DNA from: Camelus ferus
Lineage: Eukaryota
DNA length: 64,000 nucleotides
Assembly (NCBI RefSeq): GCF_009834535.1
Contig: NC_045714.1
Span: forward strand, 15,314,001-15,378,000
Reading direction: 5' to 3'
Part shown: one piece after another, positions 1 to 19,804 of the stretch
How positions within the stretch are numbered: the first letter of the stretch is position 1
Layout of the letters: each line of letters opens with the position of its first letter
Program-made: the position numbers and the translations under genes
Notes under the pieces: model-generated
The model's input: only the letters and a program-made list of their open reading frames with translations
The model's database searches: none
What the model was told of the DNA's origin: nothing

Positions 1-76
1 CTGTGCATCTCAGGAGACTGTCCTGTGCACGGTTTCTGTCTGGGCCACCCCTCCTCACACCGTCTCTCTGCTTTAG

Positions 77-9861
<9,785 letters not shown>

Positions 9862-9944
9862 CTGCAGGGCCTCGGGGTGCACACGGGGGGAATCTGGTGG
9901 GGAACAGGGGCTGAGGGGCCCTGAGCGGTCCATCCTGGTCTTTA

Positions 9945-9950
9945 ATTAAA
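9945..9950 (+). terminator. PRPF6 polyadenylation signal ATTAAA
   Basis: ATTAAA 84 nt after the stop codon, followed by GT/T-rich sequence. Confidence 0.7.
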
Positions 9951-11189
9951 GGTTTTCTAGGTAGTTGTGGGGTGAGTGACCTGCTGGTTTTCTCTGAGTC
10001 CCATCCCCCCCCCCCCCCCCCGTGTGTGCTTTGGCCACTCCCCAGTGTGGCCTGGGCTGTGCAGGGCTCAGGCTCACTTTCGAGGAGGCATCCTGCAGAC
10101 AGCCTGCGCCCCACGGAGGACGCCCAAGGGAAGAAGGAGCCTCACTGAGGCTTTGTGGAGAAGGTGCTGGGGTCACGTTCTGGGGAGAGGCCGTGCCTTG
10201 GGGGCAGCAGGTGGCTGGCCCTCCTGGCGACTCCAGTCCGTGTCCCCTCCTCCCCCCGTGCGTGTGCTCTCCCCAGGGCGGGCAGAGGGCCCCATATCAC
10301 AGGACTGCAGATGTGGGGGCTTTGCAGCCTCACTGAGAGCAGACAGGCCTGGCTCCCCGCAGTGCTACTGAGGACGTGAGTATGTGGGGAGTGAGTTTCT
10401 CCCATTTGCAGGTGAATTCATTTTTGCTAACTTATAATCAGCAGTTTTACCCTAAAGCACTTGTAACTGCTTCTCTCTAGACTGAAAGTGTATTCGTTAC
10501 TTGGGAGCCTTGAGTGTGTTTTCATCATGTAAGGATGAGACTTTCTTGGGCTCTGGATCCTTGCATGTGTGTTTGGTTGGAAATAGCCAGTTCTCTTGGA
10601 AGGGCTGTGTTGGCCATGGTTGGAGACATGTGGCCAGAGGTCAGAGGTGGTCCAGAGGCTGTGGGCCACGGAGAAGAGGCGTAGATTGTCATGTGTGATA
10701 ACAAGAAGGCCAGCTGGCTGTTGTTCCCACACATTCTCATAAGGAAAGGTCCCAGGGGGGCCCCTTGGTGCCTCATGGTGGGGTGAGCTCTCTCGTGGCG
10801 GCCAAGGTTGGGGTGCATACCTCTCCACGTCAGCACCTGGGGTGTGGGCATCTGTCCGGAGAGTGAGGGCCCTGCTGGGTCCACCTCCGATGTTCTGGCA
10901 GCCCCAAGGACAAGGCCAGCCCAGGACTGGACCAGACCGCCCTGTGTTGGGGTAGGAACTGCTGTTGCCCAGGCAGGCGACCTGGGCTGGGCCCCGCTCA
11001 TATGGGCCGACTCTGGGGGTCCGTCCTGTCCTCACCCAGAGAGGCCAGTCCTGGGGAACCATGCTGGAGGGTCTTAGGTGTTTTCACTGAAACTTGGGAG
11101 TTTCCTTTGATCTCTGGTGGTGGGGGGAGGGATCCCGCCCCTTACACTGAAGAGTGAGCCCTGAAGAGTTTAGAAGCTTGAAAGCCAGC

Positions 11190-11280
11190 CTGTCCCTATC
11201 AGATGTGGAAACTGAGGCCTAGGAAGGGGCAGTGACTTGGCTGCGGCCACAAGGCAGCTGTGCCCTGAGTCGGGTGTGGC
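11190..11280 (+). mobile_element. MIR remnant (similar remnants near 35140-35220, 50850-50900, 52140-52240, 59690-59890, 63880-63985)
   Basis: MIR core-like cagatgtggaaactgaggcctagg...gtgacttg...ccacaaggcag. Boundaries approximate. Confidence 0.55.
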
Positions 11281-12283
11281 TTCTGGGGGCACTTCCTCCA
11301 ACCTCCAGTCAGGTGAGGCCACCCGTGGGGCCTCTGAGAAGTTCCTGAGCATCTGGATTGTCCAGGGAACGTCTCCTTTCTCCTTTGCCTGGGGTGCTTC
11401 CCTCAGCACCTTGAGGTGGCGGTTACATCTCTCTTCTCCCTGGGAAACACCCCTTAGCTTTTCTTCGGCTGCTGCTTTCCAGTCCCAGCTCAAGGCGAGC
11501 AGGTTCCTCTGCTTCCTTGCTCTGAGGCCTGGGGTGGGGAGGTTGGGGGGTTGGCTCCCTGCAAGCCCTTTTGGGCCAGTGGCCATGCCCACCTCCCCAG
11601 TGATAGACCCCTTAGTCCCTGCAGGGGTGAGTAGCAGGAGGCACCTCTGCAGTGCTGGGCCAGCGGGGAGCCTGGGAAGTCCCACGCCTGGGACCTGCTG
11701 GGGCAGGACCCCCCCCCCCCCCGCCCCATGGCAGGGGAGGGAGCTGGGGTTGGGGGGTTAAGTCCTGCTCACCTGGTTCTGCCTGAGGCCAGGTTCCTGG
11801 AAGAGACAGCACCTGCTGACCACTGAGGAAGGCCCCTGCCTCTCCTCCCCTCCCCCAGCAGCGGGGCCCTGCACTGCCCTCTGCTCACCCAACACGCTCC
11901 CCCTCCTCCCCCCTGGGCAGAGCAGATATCCCGGGTCTGATGGCTTAATCCAAGAGCCACTGGGTGGGAAGACAGCCCAGTGGGGCTGGGCTCCAGGGTC
12001 AGGTTAATTGAAGAAGCGATTGGATATGGGGTGGGGAGACGTTGGGGGCAGGGCTGGGATCCTGGGGCCTCCCTCTGCTCCCTCCCTTCTTTGCTCAGAG
12101 GAGCCAACTTCAAAAGCCTTGTCTGCCTGCCGCCCATCTGCACGCTTGTAGCCCGCCAGGGAGCCCTGGTGGCCCGGCTTGGAGCAGGACCTGGAGTGGC
12201 AGCTACACTCCCCACCTGAGGACCCCAGGTCATGTGCGAGGCCCTGTGGTGGGAGTGAGGGAGAGCCTGACCCTGAGAGGCCC

Positions 12284-14532
12284 ATGGTGAGCAGCTGCGG
12301 GCTACTGGGGAGGGGGCTTACTCCGGCCAAGGGGCAGGGAGCCTGTGTGGCTGGGAGAGGCGCCCCACTGGGAAATCCCCCTGGGTTGCTGTCACTGAAG
12401 CCTGGCCCTGGGGGCCCTGGGGGCCCCTGCCTGGCCTTCCCACCACTGTTGAGAAGACTCCCTCCTGGTGCCAGACAGGCCTCCCCAGGACTCCCTGGTC
12501 AACCAGGCTGCCCCACTTGGACAGCACCTCCAGCATCTCCAGCTCTTGTCCTCACTGTGACCTCTGACCCTCAGCAGGCAGAGGGGCGACTCAGGGCGGG
12601 GGTGCGTGGGTTTCAAGACCTGGCCACAGCCAATTGCATCTGCTCTTCTGGGTGCCTCAGGCAGAAGCCCCCCCGCGGACTCCCAGCTCTCGTCCTGTGA
12701 GGTCAGGCTCCCCAGCCAGGGCTGGGAAGCAGAGTCGAGTCCTTGCCTGAGTCCTGAGTCTCACTGGGTTCACATGATTAATTTTCTGGTCACTGTGGAG
12801 TCCAGCCTGGGTGCTGGGAGCCGGGGACACGTGGCTCTTTCTCTTTGATGTTTGGGCTTGTGCTGAGGGTGGGTCTCTTCCCAGAGAGCCAGTTCCCTCC
12901 ATTCTGGGGGAGGGGAGGTCTGCAAGTGGAATGTTTGGTGAGGCGTAACATGGCCCCTTCCGCCCTTAGCCTCGGGCTTTCCCCAGGCCTTCCCCTTCTG
13001 AAGGGGTGTGGCCTTGAGCTCTGAGCCCTCACCCCTGTCCTGGTTGGGTTGGGGGTGCTGCCCAGCGGTAGAAGGGAGCAGGTCTGTTCCGCTCTCCTGC
13101 AGCGAAGGCAGAGCAACAGCCGTGCAGCCACTGCCCAGGGCACCCAAGGCCCCGCAGTGTGCTGAGGATTAGGGTGCTCAGGGCCCAGCTCCGGTGGGGG
13201 TGGGTCAGGGCATGGCCGGGGCGAGGCTGTGCTGAGGGTACTTCCTGCTATGGCTACCCCAGACCTAGCCAGCCCTGCCCTCCACAGGCCTGTGGGCACT
13301 AGAGCCCTCACACCTGTGCAGACCAGAGGTCCAGGTGCTCCTGCCCTGGGAAGCCTGTCTCTTTCCTGACCCCCAGCATTCACCCTGCGATCTCTGCATG
13401 AGTTGAGCTGTCCAGCGTGCAGACATTGTCCATCCTTCCCTAAACCTGCCAGACCCAGACCCACACCCAGAGCATTTGCTGCATGGCATGGTGATATCTC
13501 CATACCAGCTCACAGATTGTTCTGGGGTGGTCGGGGTGGGGTGGCCAAAGCACATTGCCTGGGGTGTTGCAGGAGGGAAGCCCCCTTCCACAGGCCTGGG
13601 TGCCCCACCCTGACCCGGTGTCCCTTGCAGGGGCCCCCCAAGCCTGCACTCTGGGCACTCCTGCTGGTGCTGCTGGGGACCACACAGGGCCGGGCCGGGC
13701 TCCGCACCTGCAGTGTCCCCGACGTGCTCCGCCACTACCGGGCAGTCATCTTCCAAGACCTGCAGGCCGCAGCGAGGTGGGTGGGGCCAGGGGCCGAAGG
13801 GACGGGGCTGGGCTCCAGACACCTCCATTTCGTTCAGAGAAACCTGACTGGAGCTGCGGCCTCCCGACGGCGGGGCCGGGTGGGAGCCTCCTGTGGGGCC
13901 CAGAAGGTATGGAGACACCCCCACCCAAGCCCTCCGTCCCCCTGAGGCCCCTTCACAGGGCTCGTCCTCCAGTTGCTTATTTCCTCCCCTCCCAGGAGCA
14001 CAGCATCCTACTGTCCATCCTGTCCCTGGGTCGGACCCTACGTGGGGCGGTGGCCCGGGGCCGCCGTCGGGCACTGGAGAAAGTGGCATGGACTGTGGCC
14101 ACGCGCACCGAGGCGGTGATGCAGCGCTACTGCTGGACGCTGCGCCAGGTGCGCGTCCCCGAGACCCCCATCCCATTCGCTCCCGCAGCCCCATGGCCTC
14201 ACAGCCTGGGGGCGCGAGTCGGGCCCACACCGTGCTGCGACTCCCCCAAGGGCTGGACTTGAGGGCGGGTGGGCCTGGGGACCCTGCCCACTCCCTGACC
14301 GAAGCGTCTCCGACAACAGAGCTGGCGGCCTCAGACGCGCCCTTCCCGGCGTCGAGGCGGCCGGAGGTGGCTCCTGCTACACGCCCTGGACACCATCGCC
14401 ACCTGCTGGGAGAAGCTCTTCGCACTGCGTGCAGCGGCCACGCAGCAGGGTGAAGAACGAGCGAGGCTGAGAACGAGCCTGACGGGGGCACAACCAACGC
14501 ATCGAAGCCTGTGCTCCCCACAGAGCCCATGA
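12284..14532 (+). CDS. C20orf204: C20orf204 orthologue; predicted secreted four-helix cytokine-like protein (214 aa as assembled)
   Basis: Coding exons 13631-13906, 13996-14148 and 14320-14532 (TGA), all phase 0. The initiator ATG must come from an upstream exon (best candidate ATG|gtgagc at 12284-12286). Spliced protein: M-GPPKPALWALLLVLLGTTQGRAGLRTCSVPDVLRHYRAVIFQDLQAAARW...SCGAQK|EHSILLSILSLGRTLRG...RTEAVMQRYCWTLRQ|SWRPQTRPSRRRGGRRWLLLHALDTIATCWEKLFALRA... It matches recalled human C20orf204 and its position between PRPF6 and SOX18. The ATG exon is inferred. Confidence 0.88.
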
Positions 14533-15730
14533 CCAGGAGACCCGATCCCACCTGGCCATGCTGGTCCCAGAAGGGCCCGCCCCCCTCGCCCCAAGGAGGC
14601 TCCGATAAATTGAGCTGGTGCTGCGGTCTGGTCTTCCCTTTCTTCACCTGCTCCTGTGGGGCCAGGCGGGGCTGGGCCGCCCCAGATCTGCACCTTGGTG
14701 GGGAGCGGGCCCTGGAGCCACCGACACACGTGGCGGGGGCCTGAGGAGACACTTTTCCTCCACACCTGGGCAGGGGCGGGAGCGGGGACAGTGCTCCCAG
14801 GCTCAGGCAGCAGGGGGCAGCTCGGGACCCTGGACGCGACTCCTGCTCAGTCCACGCCTCAGGCTTGGTGGAGGGGGGGGTCCCGCCACCCGGGGACTCC
14901 TGCCGCCCTAAAATGTGGCATATCCGGCCTGCTCCACTCTGGAATGGGGGAAGGGGTGGAAATGGAGGGGAGGGGAAGGCTGAGCTTTGTGCATTCAGAG
15001 CAAAACAACCGGATAAAGGAAATGGGCCTGAAGGGAAGCTGGGCCAGGCCGTTTCCTGCAGCCCCGGGAAGGGTGGCGGCAGCCCCCTCTGTGGGACTGG
15101 ACAGGCTGGCCAGGGACACACTGGCTTGTGTCCTGGGACCCAATGTTTGCTTGGCGGGGTTGGGGGTCGCTAATCCCTGGACTCCCCCACGTGCAGCTGC
15201 ATAGGCCTGGAGGGATGGCCCCCCTGTAATGAAAGCCTCTGGAGGAGGGGAGACAGTTGAGCAAGCAGAGCACCTGGCCAAAGGTGGAGGGCCTGGTGGA
15301 CACAACACCTGTCATCACTCTTCTCCTTGACAGGTGGGCGTACCCCGGAGGCACTCAAGCAGGCCTTCCCTCTGGGCTACCCCGCAGAACGAAGGCAGGC
15401 AGGAGGTGCAGAAAGGTCTTCCTGATGGAGCTGGCACAACTGCCCCGACCCAGCCCTGCTCTGTGTGTCAACATACGCAGTCTGTGCAGCAGGCATGACT
15501 GTTCTACAGACCAGGGAGCTGAGGCTCTGGGAGGTCACAGGACAGCCAGAAAGCTAAGAGCTGGGATGAGAGCCAGGCCCCAGCAGCGCTACACCGCACA
15601 TGTGCCCTGGGCACAAAATGGGGTCCTCAGTGTGATTCAGTGACCTTATAGGCTCCCAGGCCACGAGGTACAGCTCACCTAGGGGGCCATGCTCTCTGAG
15701 TGTGAGGATGACGCCTGTGGTACGTACGTA

Positions 15731-15733
<3 letters not shown>

Positions 15734-15769
<36 letters not shown>
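15734..15769. repeat. (AC)18 microsatellite preceded by short (TACG)n
   Basis: Read directly from the sequence. Confidence 0.95.
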
Positions 15770-15771
<2 letters not shown>

Positions 15772-17019
15772 GCATGGAGCATTCTCACAGCACTTGTGCT
15801 CCGCACACTCCCTGGTGTGGTCAGTGGGCTGTGGGGAAGGGCGCGCTGTGGGGGCTCCAGCTGGGGCTCGAGCACTGTGAGGGGGGAGCTTGGCAGTGCC
15901 CGCCCAGCAGGGTCTAAGCCGAGGAGGGACGTCAGAGGCAGGGTTGAGTCAGATCCCTGTCCCTGCACTGTGCGTGGAGGTGGCGTGTGCAGGGGGCCTG
16001 TGTGGTGAGGTGGGGCTGAAGGAGGTGGGCCTGGACACGAAGGGGTGAGGGGAGGTCCAGCCAGCCCTAAGGTCCTGGCCTCAGACTCCACTTGGGAAAC
16101 CCTGATGAGTGTGGTGAGGGGAGCAGGCCCATGCCTGATGGGCTACTCCCCTCGCTGGGCTCCCGCCAGGCAAGCCTTGGGGTGCAGTCAGGTGTCCAGC
16201 TAGGAGGTAAAAGGCCCACTCTGGTTGGGGCACAAGGCATGGCACAGCTGAGCTGGGCCTGGGGAAGGTCAGTAAGAGTCCACAGGCCTGGGTGCAGGGA
16301 CTGGCTCCTGGCACTTGGGCCTGCCCTAGCCCGAGGGCCTGGGGGGAAGAGCATGCCTCTCCTAACAGCATCTGGATGTGGCTTCCAGGGCCGCCCCTCC
16401 ATCCACCCATGCCTGAAGCAGGTGCAAACCAGCCACAGTTTTGGGGCAGCTGTGGGGAGGGGTGGGGCCTCAGAGTTATGGGTGGACAATCCCCATCTGA
16501 GTCCTGGGCTGCAGACACATGAGTGGACAAGATACTCCTGCACCCTGGCCCCACTGTTCCTTCCTGGGGGCTCCTGCCAGAGCTGCCCTAGAATGTGGAT
16601 GTGAGTGAGTGTGTATGTGGCGTGTACGTGCAGGTGTGTGCAGGTGTGTGTGCTTGTGTGCGTGCACACACGGGTCCAGGCTCCCTGACCTGGCGCAGCC
16701 TCCTGCCTCCCGCCTCCCCTTGCCTGGCCGAGCTTCCCTCTCAGGCAGCCCCTCCTGATTTGTAACCCTGGTCTGCCCTGGGTGTGGGGGCTGGAGGCCT
16801 GTGGCCTGAGCTCTCAGAACCCAGTGTCCCCCACCCCCATCTCACTTCTAAGTTGTTCTCAGCACAACACCCCCCCCCCCAACAGACACAGTGTCCACCT
16901 TCTGCACCTTTTCTTGAGGCCTCAGTGCTGGGCAGAGGCTCTGCACATCTTGCCCAGTCCTGCTTCTGCCAATCCCCAGATGAGGGGCCAGCCTCTGTCC
17001 CCACATCTCAGAAACCATC

Positions 17020-17427
17020 TGCATCAGTCTCCTAGGGCTGCTGTATAACAAGCTGTGTGGCTTAACAATAGAAGTTTCTTCTCTCGAAGTTCTGCAGGCC
17101 AGACGTCCAGAATCAGGATCACTGACCTGAAATCTGGTGTTGCCGGGCTGTGCTCCCTCCAGGGGCTCCAGGGGAGCATCTGCTCTTGCTTCTTGCAGCT
17201 TCTGGTGGCTCCAAGTACTCCCTGGCTCGCAGCTACATTGCTCCGATGTCTGCCTCTTTCTTCTCTCTCTTACGAGCATCTTTGCCACTGGATTTAGGGC
17301 CACCTGGATGATCTCCTCACTTCAAGATCCTTAATCACATCTGTCAGGACCCTTTTTCCAAATAAGATCCTGCTTACAAGTTCTGGGAGGTGGATGTATC
17401 TCTGGGGCCGCCATTCAACCCACTTCA
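17020..17427 (-). mobile_element. MLT1-type (MaLR) solo LTR
   Basis: Begins tgcatcagtctcctagggctgctgtataaca and ends ccattcaacccacttca, with typical internal ggatttagggcc...ccttaatcacatctg...cctttttccaaataag. About 410 bp. Confidence 0.8.
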
Positions 17428-19804
17428 GCATCTTTCTTCATGCAGTTGGGAGCAGGGTGGGCTTCTGGCTTCTGGGACAAAGGTCACTTGTCCAGGCTGG
17501 GGACAGACCCGGTCTGGGGCAGGCGCAGAGCCACACTGAGCTGCTGAGAGACACAGAGACATGGGATGGGGGGGAAGCTGGGGCCGCCCTGCTCAGACCC
17601 CATTAGAGGACTCAGAGGTGCCTGCTCCTCAGACTCCGACACCAGGGCACCCCGTGAGCTGCTCTGATGTTCACTGGCTGAAACTGACCAGAGCCGACAC
17701 AGACTTGGAAGGAGACTAAACCGTAGGGACAGAGCCATTGGCCGTGGGGCCACGCAGGCCAGACTGTGGGGGTTGTGACCTGGTGGGCAGGCCCTGTCTT
17801 TCGAGGAATCGAGGCCTCGAGGCATCTGCCAGGCCTGGGTGCACTGCCCTCCCTGTCAAGAAAGGGGCCCGAGCCTGGTTCTTCCTCCGTAAAACGCTGT
17901 TTTTGGGGCACATGCGTGGTGGGGTTGTCCTAGCCCACACACGTGCCTTCTCAGCTGCTTCCATGGAGGTGGAGGGGTGGGGCCCAGAAGGAGGGGCTGT
18001 GCCAGGGTGGCAGATGGGGCCGCAGGGCACTGGCCAGGGAGCCAGACCCCCCATGTGCAGTGCCGCAGGGAGGGGCCAGGCAGGCTTTGAAGGGTAGTCT
18101 GGGTCCCACGACCTCCCCAGACTGGGAGCCTTTGAAAGAACATCTGGAACACGGGCGACAGGCTAACTAGTCTCTGGATTTGAAAACCAAAAAGTGAATC
18201 CCAACTTTGCCACTTGTGTGTTCCCCGTTCCTCACCCTGCTCCTCTCTCTCCCCACCCCCACCTCCCACCTCCGCCCCTTCCCAGGCTTCCAAGGGGCTG
18301 CAGGGTGGGGTCTGTGCCAGCCCAGAGTGCTGGCCCTTCGGAGGGCTGCAGACTGCCTTTGTCCTGCCCTAGGCCAGCTCCTGGGCTCCCCGGCACCTCC
18401 CCCTCCCCTCCCCCCTCCCCTCCCCCACTGGCCACCACCCTAGCCCCTCTGAGCACCAGGAGGTGGTGGGTGGTGGAGGGAAGGACCTGCCATGCCAGGC
18501 CCTGGAGGCGCACTTCCCATTTTCACGGAGCACGGCTGTGGGACAGGACGTGAGTTAGCCAGGACTTGCATCTGGTGCCGGGTGCTGTGCGGGCCCTGGA
18601 GGAAACACCTGCACCTGACCTAAAAGGGCATCTGGCCCTTGCCTGCGAGCCCGAGTGTGGGGTCCCCCAGCCCCGCAGGCATGCAAGGAGGTGCCTGCCC
18701 CAGCTGTGGCTGACGCAGAAACAAAGAGGCTCCCACTCCAGGAAGCAAAGCAGAGACTCACGGGAGGGGGAATACCAGGTGTTGGAGACCATTGTCCCTG
18801 CCAGTGGCCTGCGGGACCCTGGGGGGCGTCCAGGCTCAGTCCCCATCCTGCCCCCTGCCTAGGAATAGACCCAGCTTTGTAAACACAGAAACAAACAACC
18901 AGTGTGCTCCGCCTCCCCCCCCCCCCCCCAGTTAAAGTTGGGAAGAAGCAGCAGGGATCCTGCACCTGCTGAGTGAAATGAGCCCTTGTCTAGGGGGAAA
19001 TGAGGAGGTCAGGACCTGGAGGCCGGACTCCCTGGGGTTGGGCGCTGGTCCTTGGGTCACCTCCGGCCTGGAGGGGCCCAGCTAGGCCTCCCTCCATGGC
19101 TCAGTTGTGGCTTGGGGGTGAGGCGGCCAGGACGCCCCGCCAGGTGAGCAGGCCTGTCCTCCTCAGCCCCAGCGTCCCCTCCCCTGCCCGGCCTGCGCGG
19201 GGCGCGAGGCCAGGGGTTCGGCTGCGGCCGGAGATAAGCGCCGCACGCACCAGCCGCTGCTTCCTGCGCTTCCTCGCACCGCTGCTGCCGCGGGCCCCTT
19301 CCTGTTTTCTCGCGCGGGCGGGCTGGGGCGTGGGGATGGGGCGGGGTCGTGGGGAACAGGGCGGGGTCCTGTGATACTGGGCAGTGCCGGACTGAGCGCG
19401 GGACTGTGGGGCACACAGGGCGGGGTCGTGGGAGATAAAGCAAGGCTGGGCTTCCCTGGGAGGCTGAGCGCCGGTGCAGAAGTAGAGGGGGTGGGAGGAA
19501 GCTGAGCGGGGCCGTGCTCTGAAACACAAAGGAGGAATCTCAGTGCTCCCCCCTCCCCCCCGCCCAGTTCTGGGCAGGGAACTCGCACACACTTGGCCAA
19601 GACCCTCTGTGGACTGGACTGGAGCCTGCTCCTTGGGGCCCCTCCCCAGTCTGGAGTGAGCTGAGGATTGAGTCTTGGTGTTGGGGGCCTCGCTGGGGTT
19701 AGAGGTCAGCTGCTCTGACTTTCTTGGGTAACTGCTCCAGCATATGGATTTAAGGTACTTAACCTGTTTGCTCAGACTTAGAGATACGGATTTATGTTAC
19801 TTTA

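Noticed and set aside
10006-10021. Long poly-C/poly-G runs (also about 11710, 16868, 18915, 28806, 29310, 40124)
   Set aside because: Homopolymers common in GC-rich isochores and error-prone in sequencing. No shared context suggests function.
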